Notes under the pieces: model-generated
What the model was told of the DNA's origin: nothing
Seen by the model: only the letters and a program-made list of their open reading frames with translations
The model's database searches: none
Origin: an uncultured Methanoregulaceae archaeon
GTDB lineage: Archaea; Halobacteriota; Methanomicrobia; Methanomicrobiales; Methanospirillaceae
NCBI GenBank assembly: GCA_963705255.1
Contig: OY970061.1
Location: forward strand, 544,001 to 608,000
Direction of reading: 5' to 3'
DNA: 64,000 nucleotides
Position numbers and translations under genes: made by a program
Shown: positions 29,523-40,485 of the stretch, piece after piece
Layout: every line of letters begins with the position of its first letter
Numbering within the stretch: the stretch's first letter is position 1

Positions 29523-29696
29523 TTGGTAGCTGTTGTTGACACCGATAAGTGTACCGGATGCGAGACCTGCGTGAGCGAATGTCCCGCATCGGCAATCGCC
29601 ATGGAGAATGACAAGGCGAAAGTGGACAAGGACATGTGCGTCGACTGCCAGACCTGTGTCGACGCCTGTCCGTCAGAAGCAATCCATATGGAATAA
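29523..29696 (+). CDS. 2x[4Fe-4S] ferredoxin (copy 2, tandem duplicate)
   Basis: Near-identical to copy 1 at a 179-bp period. Confidence 0.9.
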   Translation: MVAVVDTDKCTGCETCVSECPASAIAMENDKAKVDKDMCVDCQTCVDACPSEAIHME

Positions 29697-29890
29697 GGCT
29701 GGAATACCTCCGGCACTCTTTTTGATGTAATTCAGTCCTGACTCACTTTTCGGGAATCCGTGATAGGAAGCAGTGCGTCCCGCATGATAATTATAAAAAA
29801 CAACGTTTTTATCATCATAAGTGAAATGGGATTTTACAACCCGCCATCATTTCAAACGGGGAAGAACACACTAGACAGGACCTGACACCT

Positions 29891-30909
29891 ATGATCAATG
29901 TTGGAGTGCTCGGTGCAACGGGCGCGGTTGGTCAGCGATTTGTTGAACTTTTAGCGGATCACCCCTGGTTCAAACTTACAACGCTTGCCGCTTCCGGACG
30001 CAGTGCGGGAAAACCTTACGGGAAGATCGTCAAATGGCGCCTTGATACGCCGTTTCCTGAGACCATCGGAAAACTCAAAGTCGTCCCGACTTCGCCCAAG
30101 GCCATGAAGGGTGTCGACCTTGTCTTCTCCGCCCTTCCCGCAGAGATTGCAACGGATGTCGAGACCGAGTTTGCCGACGCGGGCATCGGGGTCTGCAGCA
30201 ACGCAAGTTCCCACAGGATGGAACCGGCCATTCCCCTCGTGGTACCGGAAGTGAACCCGGAACACCTCGGCCTCATCGACGTCCAGCGCGATGCCGGCAG
30301 GGATGGGTTCATCGTTACCAACCCGAACTGTTCCACCATCGTGATGGTGGCAGCCCTCGCACCCCTCCGCACATTCAGGTTTACGGACGTCCGGGTCGCG
30401 ACCATGCAGGCTATATCCGGGGCAGGGTTTGAAGGAGTTGCGGCGATGGCCATCTGCGACAACGTCATCCCGTACATCGGCAAGGAAGAAGAGAAGATGG
30501 AGACCGAGGCGCTCAAGATCATGGGGACCCTGAAGGGGAAGAAGGTGACCAACGCGCCATTCAAAGTCAGCGCCAGTTGCCACCGCGTACCGGTGATCGA
30601 CGGACATACCATGGCCGTCTGGGTGGATATCAAGGAACCCGTGGAAAAACTCAAAAAAGCGTTCCAGAACTATAAACCGCCGATCAGGGGGCTCCCGACA
30701 CAACCGGCGGAATCCGTGCATTTCTTCGATGAAGAACCCGACCGGCCCAGCCACGCCTCGACCGGATGCGGGGGAAAGGAATGACGGTCTCGGTGGGCCG
30801 GCTCCGTGAAGGTGTCCGGTTCGTGGCGATGGGGCATAACACCATCCGCGGCGCCGCCGGGGCAAGTGTACTGAACGCAGAACTGATCACAAAGAAGAAG
30901 TATCTCTAA
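29891..30909 (+). CDS. asd: Aspartate-semialdehyde dehydrogenase; probable artefactual frameshift ~30748
   Basis: [21 protein letters not shown]; adding one C restores RPQPRLDR...[17 protein letters not shown] to TAA 30909. Confidence 0.93.
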
Positions 30910-30926
30910 AAAAGGGATGGGAACCT

Positions 30927-31208
30927 ATGCAGCAGCTGAAAGAGAACACAGTATTCGTCGGAAATAAACCGGTCATGAACTACGTCCTTGCCGTAGTCAC
31001 TCAGTTCAACAATGGTGCAGACGAGGTGGCGATCAAGGCACGGGGCAAGGCAATATCCCGTGCTGTCGATACCGCAGAGATCGCCCTGAACCGCTTCCTT
31101 GATGGAGTAACAAAGAAGGAGATCGTGACGTCGACCGAGATCATAGATACCGACTCCGGAAAGACCAATGTCTCGTCGATTGAGATAGTCCTTGCCAACA
31201 ACAAATGA
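30927..31208 (+). CDS. albA: DNA/RNA-binding protein Alba
   Basis: [14 protein letters not shown]...[13 protein letters not shown]...VSSIEI. Confidence 0.96.
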   Translation: MQQLKENTVFVGNKPVMNYVLAVVTQFNNGADEVAIKARGKAISRAVDTAEIALNRFLDGVTKKEIVTSTEIIDTDSGKTNVSSIEIVLANNK

Positions 31209-31329
31209 TTTTTTTCACGGTCATCTGATATCTTCAGGGATTCCTGAATGACCTGCTGGGGTGATCATGTCCCTCGATCCGGGAACATACCCAAAACAAT
31301 TTAAATTGAATTCACGAATTTATTATGCC

Positions 31330-31809
31330 ATGCGAGCCCGTGCGGTCGCGCTTCTTATCCTGATATCTGTCTGCATAGTGGCTCCTGCTTTTGCGGCAAA
31401 TGAAGACCGGTACAGTTACATTACGGTTGAAGATGTCCAGATCCAGCTGGATAACGGGACCGCTCTGATTCACGTGAACTATACGGTCGATGAAGGGACC
31501 CGTTTCATATTCTTCTTATTCGGTAAACAGGATCTCAAGAACAAACTGCTCAAGATCCTCAATTATGATGACGCCCAGATGATACGTATCGACCTGAATA
31601 GTGCTGAATTTTCGGTGAACAATGCGTCGTTCTCATATGGAAACGGGATTTACTGGTATCCGTCGCATGATTTCAACGTGGTCATCCCCACCCTTACCGT
31701 CAAATCACCCCAGGTGACAAGAAATCTCACCATGGTGAATCAGTTCCCCGGTGGAATGGGATATTTTGCCCATGAAGGGATACCCCTGAATGTCTCGGGA
31801 TTGAAATAA
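31330..31809 (+). CDS. Hypothetical secreted protein
   Basis: N-terminal signal peptide from ATG 31330; N-x-S/T sequons. Confidence 0.7.
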   Translation: MRARAVALLILISVCIVAPAFAANEDRYSYITVEDVQIQLDNGTALIHVNYTVDEGTRFIFFLFGKQDLKNKLLKILNYDDAQMIRIDLNSAEFSVNNASFSYGNGIYWYPSHDFNVVIPTLTVKSPQVTRNLTMVNQFPGGMGYFAHEGIPLNVSGLK

Positions 31810-32050
31810 GATCTTTTAGAATCTTACCTCCATGGCGATCGTGGAACTTTTTCTTAACCGGCTACTGTCTTAACCGGATACAGGCGCGCAGGGGGTGTTA
31901 CCGGGAGAATTTCCGGGAGCGTCGGATATATTCCGTGGCTGTTGTGTCGTGCACAACGGAGTTTTGTGCATGCCGGGTGGCGGGTTACAGGGATCCCTGA
32001 ACAAAACCCGATATTCAGATCGCGGGAAAAAACAGAGCCGGTGAGGAGAA

Positions 32051-33184
32051 TTACATGACTTCGATGATCTCCTGGTTGTGGAGCTCTGCCATTTTCCTGT
32101 TGACAAGAAACTGGATGGCAACGCCGGCTATCGCAGAGATGATACCTGCGATGGTGGCGTAGAGAATATTTTTTGAGGCTGCATCGGCGGACAACGGGAA
32201 GTCCTGAACACCGTAGGATATGATGATATAGACGCTTGCGGCATAGAGGATGAGTCCGATGGCAGTAACAAAGAACGGAAATACGATGACCTTGCCAAGA
32301 TTTTCCCGCTCGTTTACATACACATCATAAATAACGCCGACCGACGTGATAAGTCCGGCAACGATGAGCCACTCCACGGAACCGTACACGAATGTCATCA
32401 GGTACAGGACAAGCCCGAGGCTTGCGTCCGATGAGTAATAGATCAGGACATTACCGAACCCGAAAGTAAGTCCGATAATGACGAGGATGACGGTAGCGGC
32501 ATAGGTTACGAACGAAAAACGGCCGCGCGAGAGCGACAGCCTGAGCGCATCCATGACGCCGTGAAACAGTTCATCAAAGCCGAACCCTTTGTAGAGCAGA
32601 TAGCACCCGATCACTCCTACTACGATAATGGTGGCGGCACCCGGGGCACCGAGCAGGTACGCGCTTGCATACAGGAGCATTGCGAGACCGACGGGGATAA
32701 AGACCATACGGGAGATCTTGGGGTCATCGAAGAATTTTTTCAGGATGTAGTACGTCCCCTCGAGGTTGGGCATCTGGTTGACGATCACCCTGCGGATACT
32801 TGATACCGGAATTTTCGACTGGATGATCGGGATGACGTACTCGTCCTCGGCACCATCGGTTACAAGGACGCAGCTGGTGGCGTGCGTCTCGGCAATCACC
32901 TTTTCGAGCGACGTGGCAATCCGCCGGTCCCCTTCTATCATGTGCAGGTGATCCCCGGCAACCACCGCAATGGCCGTCTCTTCACCTTTCGCAGTGAGGT
33001 CGTCATAAATCTTGATAGCAGAAAAGATCGCATTAACGTCAGAGTCCTCGGGATCGGCCAGAGCCAGCGTATTGGCCGCTTTCAGGCATGCCGCGCGGCC
33101 GATGCACGGACTATCGACCTTTGCCTTCCATCCGATATCATCGTCGCGATCGACACTCAGGACCAACGTCCGCCCCTGCGTCAT
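32051..33184 (-). CDS. DUF373-family membrane protein
   Basis: LVLSVDRDDDIG...DPEDSDVN...DGAEDE followed by TM helices. Confidence 0.88.
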   Translation of the reverse strand: MTQGRTLVLSVDRDDDIGWKAKVDSPCIGRAACLKAANTLALADPEDSDVNAIFSAIKIYDDLTAKGEETAIAVVAGDHLHMIEGDRRIATSLEKVIAETHATSCVLVTDGAEDEYVIPIIQSKIPVSSIRRVIVNQMPNLEGTYYILKKFFDDPKISRMVFIPVGLAMLLYASAYLLGAPGAATIIVVGVIGCYLLYKGFGFDELFHGVMDALRLSLSRGRFSFVTYAATVILVIIGLTFGFGNVLIYYSSDASLGLVLYLMTFVYGSVEWLIVAGLITSVGVIYDVYVNERENLGKVIVFPFFVTAIGLILYAASVYIIISYGVQDFPLSADAASKNILYATIAGIISAIAGVAIQFLVNRKMAELHNQEIIEVM

Positions 33185-33250
33185 TATATCAATAAATCGC
33201 CGTAAATCTATTAAATTATTGCTGACTGCGTAAAAAAGAAAAATATACGA

Positions 33251-34111
33251 TCAGATGAGTTTTGAGCGCTGGAGGAGCAGTATATCGTCGGTGGTAAGTT
33301 TTTCTCCTGCCCGGAAATTCTTGAACAGGCTCTCCGCCTCCTTCCTGACTGCCTTCTGCTCTTTGGTGACTTTGACCTTTTTCGTCTTCTTGCGGAGCCC
33401 GGATATTACCTTGTCATAATCGCGGAGCTCTTTCTGGCAGGAAATGAAGAACTTGTGCTCTGAGTCGGCCGATTCCTGTGCCTCTACGAAACTCTTGTGG
33501 GCTGAATCCGCAGCTTCACGGGACTTGTCAGCCTTGCGGTAGGACTCGACCATGAGATCGTGGTGCTTCTGGGCGAGCTCTGCGACCTCGGTCACTTTTG
33601 CGTGGAGGTCGGACGCCTGCTTGCGTAAGTCACGGGCTTCGGAAACCTTGGTGCGCATCTCCTTGTTCTGTTCGAGCTCTGCTTCCTGTTCCCGCACCTG
33701 ACCTTTCATCTGCTTGATCTTCTCGATCAGCTCGCGTTCTTTGTCAGTAGTGAAGACTTCGGTCTGCTGCCGGTACTCCATATACTCGATCTGCTTCTGG
33801 AGTTCCTTGATCCCGCGGTTTTTCAGGGTCCCGTGTTCTTTCTTGAACGATTCGATCTCTTCAAAAAGGACGTTTGCCCTGTCGTTGAAATTGTTGCGCT
33901 GCCCTTTGATATCAAGGACGTCCTGGTTGTATTTGTCCCGGAGATCCTTGTTCTTCTGCGCCTCTTCCACAAATTCCCGGGTCTGGTTGTTGAGTGTGTT
34001 GCGCTCGCGGGCAGATTTGCTCGCTGCAGCATTCAGTTCGTTGCGGCGGTTTTTGTGTTCTTCAGACTCGGCAAGAATTTTCTTTCTTTTTTCCATAAGG
34101 TCATTCAACAT
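33251..34111 (-). CDS. Conserved archaeal coiled-coil protein (COG1340-like)
   Basis: Long heptad pattern, QQTEV...ERELIEKI, GEKLTTDDILLLQ terminus; adjacent to DUF373. Confidence 0.85.
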   Translation of the reverse strand: MLNDLMEKRKKILAESEEHKNRRNELNAAASKSARERNTLNNQTREFVEEAQKNKDLRDKYNQDVLDIKGQRNNFNDRANVLFEEIESFKKEHGTLKNRGIKELQKQIEYMEYRQQTEVFTTDKERELIEKIKQMKGQVREQEAELEQNKEMRTKVSEARDLRKQASDLHAKVTEVAELAQKHHDLMVESYRKADKSREAADSAHKSFVEAQESADSEHKFFISCQKELRDYDKVISGLRKKTKKVKVTKEQKAVRKEAESLFKNFRAGEKLTTDDILLLQRSKLI

Positions 34112-34410
34112 GCGTTACCACTCCCCATCACATTCCCCTTTTCTGGAAGGCACGAGCTTTTTTTATGTGAGGCATAGGTGACCAAAAGAGCAAAATGTTC
34201 GGACTCTCCTGATACTCTCATTTGACAACTCTGCATGCAGGATGCAGGGCGAAAAACATCAGAAAAGCTAATCAGCGCAGAATTCAGGCAAGACTCCGGT
34301 ACGAAGTCTTTGTTCAACACTCTGTTCATGATGTTCAACTCCCGATACCGGGTGCAACCGTCCACAGGGTCACACCCCCATCCTCCCAGTGAAGGATTGG
34401 TCGAATGTAC
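34112..34410 (-). ncRNA. Candidate structured 5' leader / ncRNA upstream of the coiled-coil gene
   Basis: Three hairpins (34380-34397, 34351-34376, 34290-34310), each with G-U wobbles only on the minus strand. Confidence 0.45.
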
Positions 34411-34614
34411 TATATTTTAAAGGAGCGGAGGATTATTAAGTGTTTCGCCGGTTATCAGGGGTAAATATTCCCGAATTGAAAATTTTTAGAAAAACGAACA
34501 AGCTGACAAAAAGGATGTTGGTCGTTGGATACACCAACAATTCCTGAATTACTGTGGGGGATGGAATGTTTCCCTTCGATTTTTAGGTTAGTATTTTTGT
34601 GCGTGGCGTGACGA

Positions 34615-35781
34615 TTAACCGACCCATTCGAGGACGCCGCCACCGCTGGGCTGGTCACGGCCGCCTCTCTTGGCTACCGGCATCTCGACTGCCTTGGGGT
34701 TTGAGCGTTTGTTCTCGATGTCTTCGATCATGGTCTTGTAGGACTGGCGGGTACCGAGGATCTGCGCGCTCTTGACACCGGTCATGATGGCAAGCACACG
34801 GATTTTTCCCTCCATGTCGCTGCGGACGCGGGCACCCCAGATGACATCTGCATGGGGGTCGAGTTCGTACGTAAGCGAGGTCGCGACTTCTTCTGCATCC
34901 TGCAGGGTAAGGTCAGTCCCGCCGGTAATATGGATCAGGCTGCCGGTTGCGCCACGGTAGTCGATGTCGAGCATCGGGTTGGAAAGGCATTCGCGGACAA
35001 CGCTCTCGGCTTTGTTCTGCTGCTTGCTCTCACCGACGAGCATGACGGCAACCCCGCCCTTGGACATGATTGCACGGACATCGGCATAGTCGATGTTGAT
35101 AAGCGAAGGCTCGGTGATCGTTTCAGAGATACCCTTGACGGTTTCACCGATGAGCTGGTCCATGACCGAGAACGCCTGGCCCAGCGGGAGGTTCGGGACG
35201 AAGTTCTTCAGCCGGTTGTTATCAAGGACGATGACTGAGTCGGCTGCCGAGGCGAGGGCCTCAAGACCTTCCTCTGCGCGGATCAGGCGTGCTTTCTCGA
35301 CCTGGAACGGGTAGCTGACCATCCCGACAACGATGGCGCCCTGTTCTTTTGCAACCTGGGCAACCACGGGTGCGGAACCGGTACCGGTACCTCCTCCCAT
35401 ACCTGCTGTGATAAAGACAAGATCTGCGGATTCAAGAATTGCCTCAAGCGTGGGGCGTGCCATCTCGGCTGCACGTTTACCGACGTCCGGGTACCCGCCG
35501 GCACCGAGACCTTTGGTCAGGGATTTGCCGATAAGTACACGTTTGTCGGCCTGGATCATGTCCAGGTGCTGCTTGTCCGTGTTGATCGCGATTGTCTCTG
35601 CACCGGAAACGCCCATGTGGTGGATGCGGTTTACCGTGTTGTTTCCCGCACCCCCGCACCCGATGATGACAATTCTCGGTTGTCCGACAAAGTCATCTTC
35701 CATTGCGTTCGTACTGCCGGGCTTGTTCAACTCTTTTTCAAGTTCGGCATTTTTTAAAGCGTCGTTGATAATGCTCTGCAT
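34615..35781 (-). CDS. ftsZ: Cell division protein FtsZ (FtsZ2 type)
   Basis: [24 protein letters not shown]; downstream of cdrS. Confidence 0.97.
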   Translation of the reverse strand: MQSIINDALKNAELEKELNKPGSTNAMEDDFVGQPRIVIIGCGGAGNNTVNRIHHMGVSGAETIAINTDKQHLDMIQADKRVLIGKSLTKGLGAGGYPDVGKRAAEMARPTLEAILESADLVFITAGMGGGTGTGSAPVVAQVAKEQGAIVVGMVSYPFQVEKARLIRAEEGLEALASAADSVIVLDNNRLKNFVPNLPLGQAFSVMDQLIGETVKGISETITEPSLINIDYADVRAIMSKGGVAVMLVGESKQQNKAESVVRECLSNPMLDIDYRGATGSLIHITGGTDLTLQDAEEVATSLTYELDPHADVIWGARVRSDMEGKIRVLAIMTGVKSAQILGTRQSYKTMIEDIENKRSNPKAVEMPVAKRGGRDQPSGGGVLEWVG

Positions 35782-35791
35782 GTTTACCCTC

Positions 35792-35971
35792 TCAAACCTT
35801 GAATGAAACCTGGTCGCTTTCCTTCAGGACACGGCTGGCGCGTTTTTCAACAAGTTCACGTACCGCTGCTCTCACCGCTTCCGAAACATTGGGATACTCG
35901 CCTGAGTCCACCATCTGCTGGAGCAGGTTGATCTGCTGTTCGGGCAAGCGTAGCGTGATTCTTTGCATCAT
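35792..35971 (-). CDS. cdrS: Ribbon-helix-helix regulator CdrS
   Basis: Manual translation [41 protein letters not shown]... (59 aa) directly upstream of ftsZ. Confidence 0.88.
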   Translation of the reverse strand: MMQRITLRLPEQQINLLQQMVDSGEYPNVSEAVRAAVRELVEKRASRVLKESDQVSFKV

Positions 35972-35984
35972 CGTATCTCACATT

Positions 35985-36045
35985 TCTGACATATGTCTGG
36001 CTTTTGTCGTTCATATGTCAGACAAAGAGAATCCTTGTGTCTGAC
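35985..36045. promoter_or_regulatory. Cluster of inverted TCTGAC/GTCAGA boxes upstream of cdrS-ftsZ
   Basis: TCTGACATATG...CATATGTCAGA and GTCAGACA...TGTCTGAC inverted pairs. Confidence 0.5.
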
Positions 36046-36167
36046 TTAACCAGATGAATCAAAGTAGCACATTACTCTATATAAATCTTTTTCTTTGCTT
36101 GCAGATCAGGGTTCACAATGCATTTAAGACTGGTAATCCAAATATTCTGGAAAAAGAGCGATATATC

Positions 36168-37175
36168 ATGGCTGTTGACTTTCCAGTAAAGGCAATACAT
36201 GGGGGGACCGGAAAGCGGCAGCGTGAAAAAACCCGGAAAAACGTGCTGGATTTCAGCGCGAGCACAAATCCGTTCCCGCCAAACGTCAACTGGGAGCCGG
36301 ATCTCCATCTGCTTGAGTATTACCCGGACGATTATTATGCCGAGCTCAAAGAACGGATCGGCACCATTTTTCATCGGGATATAGAGGAAATCTGTGTCGG
36401 CAACGGCTCGATTGAACTGATCCGGGTATTTTGCTCCGTAGTTTTCAGAAACAGGATCGGCAGGAACCGGTTTTACCTTCAGTCTCCGACATTTGGCGAA
36501 TATGAATTATCCGCACGTCTTTCGGGTGCAACTCCCGCTGTCATACCTTCTGATGCCGGAGTGTATTTTTTATGCAATCCCAACAATCCTACCGGATTAT
36601 TGATGAAGAAGGAAAAAACACAGGCCCTGCTGGATGAAGTGAAACGTCACAAAGGCATGCTTTTCTGCGATGAGGCATTTATCGAACTTTCCGATCCCGG
36701 CCAGAGTGTGGCGGACATCTCTGACCCCGCCCTCTTTGTTCTGCGTTCGCTTACCAAGAGTTTCGCAGTACCGGGTATCCGGTTCGGTTACGGTTTTGGG
36801 GAACCGGCACTCATCGAAAAAATCGAAACGGCGCGGTCTCCCTGGAGCGTGAATGCTTTTGCGGAGTCATATGCCCTGGAAGCACTCGGGCACATGGACG
36901 AACTGGAAGGATCACGGTCAGCGATCGAACGGGAACGTCACTGGCTCAGTTCAGCAGTCACAGCACTTGGCCTCCGCAGCCATCCTTCTTCTGCCAATTA
37001 CATCCTTGTTGAATGCGGGCAGGATGCATCATCCCTGTGCAATGAACTTATCCGGAAGGATATCCTTGTCCGGGACTGCACATCGTTCGGGTTGCCAACA
37101 TCCATCCGGATCGCCGTCCGCACCCACGAAGAGAATATCCAACTTATCGAGGCGCTTGCAGCATGCGTGCGCTGA
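36168..37175 (+). CDS. PLP-dependent threonine-phosphate decarboxylase (CobD-like, aminotransferase class I/II)
   Basis: HGG...LDFSASTNP, CNPNNPTG, DEAF, RSLTKSFAVPGIRFGY; adjacent to cobY-like gene. Confidence 0.82.
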   Translation: MAVDFPVKAIHGGTGKRQREKTRKNVLDFSASTNPFPPNVNWEPDLHLLEYYPDDYYAELKERIGTIFHRDIEEICVGNGSIELIRVFCSVVFRNRIGRNRFYLQSPTFGEYELSARLSGATPAVIPSDAGVYFLCNPNNPTGLLMKKEKTQALLDEVKRHKGMLFCDEAFIELSDPGQSVADISDPALFVLRSLTKSFAVPGIRFGYGFGEPALIEKIETARSPWSVNAFAESYALEALGHMDELEGSRSAIERERHWLSSAVTALGLRSHPSSANYILVECGQDASSLCNELIRKDILVRDCTSFGLPTSIRIAVRTHEENIQLIEALAACVR

Positions 37176-37763
37176 TCATGGCCGGGGGCGGGGAGCCGGC
37201 TCAACCTCGGGGAAAAACCGCTTATTACCCTGTGCGGCCGGCCAATGATTGAATACATCACTGATGCGTTCACGGCTGCCGGTTTTGAACCGGTTGTTGC
37301 TGCATCCATGAAAACACCCATGACCGTGAACTGGTGCAGGGCAAGGGGCATTGCAATTTGTAAAGCTGAAGGCAAAGGATATGTGGAGGATATGGTGGAA
37401 TCTGTGCTTGGCCTGGAGGAACAGGGACCACTTTTTATCTGTGTTTCGGATATCCCCTGTATAACTCCGGATATCATCCGGTTCATCTTCGCGTCCTATC
37501 AGTCAACCGGTAAAGACGCCTTGTCAACCTGGATCCCTGCAAAACTGGTAAAATCCTGCCGTGGGGGGATGCCGTACCGGGAGACTGTCGATGGCATTGA
37601 CGCCTGCCCGGCGGGAGTTAATGTCCTTCGCGGGGACCGGATCGGCGAAGTTCAGGAAGAGTGCTCTCTCCTCATTGACGAACTCCGACTTGCGGTCAAT
37701 GTCAATACTCGGGCAGATCTTGCACAGGCCGAAAAGATTTTAAAAATACATTCTTCGTTCTGA
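37163..37763 (+). CDS. cobY: Adenosylcobinamide-phosphate guanylyltransferase (CobY-like); frameshift in G-run ~37185
   Basis: MRALIMAGG..SRLNLGEKP split across frames; G.GYVED, D.P, NVNT..DL. Confidence 0.78.
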
Positions 37764-37889
37764 TGGGGGCACATGGACTGGAAATATGCTGCCAATATCT
37801 TCCAATTCATGGCATTCAGCAAAAAATACGCATAATCCTGCCTTTTTCAGGAAATGCATATTAAGGGGCATCGCCTAAGATCTTGTACT

Positions 37890-39123
37890 ATGGCGGAGTC
37901 GCAGGAGATCGAGCTGCAGGGTCATATCATTGATTCCGGTATCATGACCCAGCTCTTTGACCGGGTCATGGACATGGGAGGAAATTTCGAGATCCTCGTG
38001 TTCGAAGTGGGTAAGAAAAAGACCGACCCGAGTTATGCCCGCCTGCGCATTGCTGCATCGAACAAGGAGAAATTGCGCGCAATCCTTTCCGAGCTCCACC
38101 GGCTCGGTGCCCGTCCGCTCGAAGTGAAAGATGTTCACCTTGTCCCGGCAGAAGCGGATCGCGTTGTGCCAAAAGGGTTTTACACGACCACCAACCACCC
38201 GACCCAGGTGAAGTGCGGCGGTGAATGGGTTGCGGTCGAAGCGATCGAGATGGATTTCCTTATTGTGGTTGATCCCGTAAAAAAGCGTGCAGTGTCCAAA
38301 CCTCTCGGGAAGATCCGGAAGGGTGACCTGGTCGTCGTGGGGGAACAGGGTGTGAGCGTGAGTTACCCCGAACGGCCCCGCGAGCAGAGCGCGTTCGAGT
38401 TCATGCACGGGACTGTTTCGCCGGAACGCCCGAGTGAGACCCTCATCGCAAAGATCGCACGCGAGATCCTCGAAGTGCGGAGAAACGGTGGGAAAATAGC
38501 CCTTGTGGGGGGTCCTGCAATCATCCATACCGGGGCAGACAGGGCCCTTGCCGAGATTATCCGCAAGGGTTACATTGACGTACTCTTTGCCGGCAACGCC
38601 CTTCCGACCCATGACATCGAGTACAACCTTTACGGTACTTCCCTTGGCATGGATATCTCGACGGGCAAACCGGTGATGGGGGGCCATAAGCACCACCTCT
38701 ACGCGATAAGCGAGATCATGCGTGCCGGATCGATCAGGATTGCGGTGGAAAAGGGTGTGATCAAAAGCGGGATCATGTATGAGTGCGTCAGGAACAATGT
38801 ACCGTTTGTCCTCGCCGGCTCCATCCGTGACGATGGGCCGCTGCCGGATGTTATTTCGGATGTGATGATTGCGCAGGACGCCATGCGGGAGCATATCCGG
38901 GGCTGCAGCATGGTACTGATGATCGCGACGCTCCTGCACTCTATAGCCGTAGGTAACTGCCTGCCTTCAAATGTGAAGACCGTCTGTGTGGATATCAACC
39001 CCGCGCACCTGACCAAGCTGATGGACCGGGTACCACCCAGGCGATCGGCATCGTCTCGGATGCGGGCACATTCCTCCCCCTGCTCGCCCGGCAGCTCGAC
39101 TCCAGAGCGGCGGGAAGAAGTGA
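37890..39123 (+). CDS. TIGR00300/LOR-SDH-domain protein (probable ornithine cyclodeaminase); indels ~39030 and ~39090
   Basis: GHIIDS, FYTTTNHPT, GPAIIHTG, LAGSIRDDGPLP, TLLHSIAVGN; corrected end KLMDRGTTQAIGIVSD. Confidence 0.82.
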
Positions 39124-39205
39124 GAAATTTCATTTTTTTATTTTGTTCCGTGTACGTGAACGTACAGGGGTAGTCAAAGAATAAAAAATGAAAACGATGA
39201 ATTAC

Positions 39206-39465
39206 GAGTGCTCCCCGCCTCAGGGCCCTCAACGGGCACGGCGGGGCAGGGAGGTTTTTCAGTCACAAATCTGTAATGAGGAGCCGGTCGTCGCACCAGT
39301 GAGGGACGATTAATTCCCCGCCGTTCGGGCATCCCCTCATGGCGATATTCTCTCATAAGGTATACGGGACACCATCGGAAAATTCCCTAGCGGGTAATAC
39401 CGAGGAATCGCTCAGCGCAGGGGTGGGTCAAGGGAGGGGACAGGCACTGTCCCCTCCCTGATTGC
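39206..39465. repeat. Mosaic palindromic repeat (copy 7)
   Basis: Inverted right arm 39206-39248; TTAATTCCCCGCCG..GGCATCCCC shared with 3910-3937; GGTAATACCGAGG shared with 41649-41661. Confidence 0.75.
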
Positions 39466-39470
39466 TTACT

Positions 39471-40463
39471 CTACCGTGTCAGAGGCATGCAGTATGGTCT
39501 CTCTTCTGCCAGCACGTATTCCCACTCTTTCCTGCATCCGCAATCGATGTCCAGTAACGCCCCGATTAAATCGCGGTCCGCATTCAGTGAATAGTCGCGT
39601 ACTCCTTTGACAATATCGTAATCACATCTTCCGCAGTTGTGCGGTCCGCGTTTCTGGCCACCCCCCAGCGGATCGCAGGTGATATGGACCGGTGCATCCT
39701 TGAGGATCTTCAGAACGCTCCAGAGATACGGCGGGCGGTAAGCACCTCTCTTCCAGTAAAATTCCAGTTCGGTGTTACGCTGGACGGTACACGGATTCAT
39801 CGAGATCAGGTCCGCATGGCCGGAAACATCCTGGATCGAGGTTTGCATATCTGCCATCGCCTCACCTTCCGTCAGGAAGAGCGGTTTGAACAGCAGGTAT
39901 GCTTTCACGCCGGCTCCCGCTGCATGGGCACGGTGGGCAGCGTCCGCGAAATCTGCAAAACGGAAACCCTTGTTGATGCTTTTTTCCCGGATGAGGTCAT
40001 TGCTGGTCTCAAGGCCCATGGCACAGTACAGCGGGATTTCCCAGCTCCCGTCATCGATGCCCCCGATGAATTGTTCAAGTGTTTGCCGGGTGACATACTC
40101 CGGGCGTGTCTCCGCGATAACCAGTTTTCCCCGGAATGCAGCGGCAATGTCCGTAAGAAATGCAGGCGGAACTTCATCCGGATCAAAAAAACTTCCCGAG
40201 GTGAAAATTTTTACCATGCGGTAATCTTCGGATTTGTACTGGTCAATAATCCAGGCAAGTTGTCCCCGGAGTCGATCAAGTAGTGTATCGCACGACAGGC
40301 CGCTGTACCTTTCGTGCCGGTAGCTGCACATCCGGCAGGCAGACCATGCACAACCGCCGCTCTTGAATATCACGGTGAGGCAGTCAAGCAGATCGTTTTC
40401 GTATCGCTCCTGTCCCCGCCACGATGCGAGCGGTTTTTCCCCTGTGTAAGAAATCATTAACAT
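39471..40463 (-). CDS. Archaeosine biosynthesis radical SAM protein RaSEA (TIGR01210)
   Basis: GCAWSACRMCSY, KIFTSGSF, ETRPE, INKG, YRPPYLWS, RGPHNCG. Confidence 0.88.
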   Translation of the reverse strand: MLMISYTGEKPLASWRGQERYENDLLDCLTVIFKSGGCAWSACRMCSYRHERYSGLSCDTLLDRLRGQLAWIIDQYKSEDYRMVKIFTSGSFFDPDEVPPAFLTDIAAAFRGKLVIAETRPEYVTRQTLEQFIGGIDDGSWEIPLYCAMGLETSNDLIREKSINKGFRFADFADAAHRAHAAGAGVKAYLLFKPLFLTEGEAMADMQTSIQDVSGHADLISMNPCTVQRNTELEFYWKRGAYRPPYLWSVLKILKDAPVHITCDPLGGGQKRGPHNCGRCDYDIVKGVRDYSLNADRDLIGALLDIDCGCRKEWEYVLAEERPYCMPLTR

Positions 40464-40485
40464 CCTATTAGTTGATCTGATATAG

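Noticed and set aside
30740-30790. Programmed ribosomal frameshifting in asd, cobY or cooC
   Set aside because: No consistent slippery heptamer or stimulator; many scattered homopolymer indels are better explained by sequencing error.
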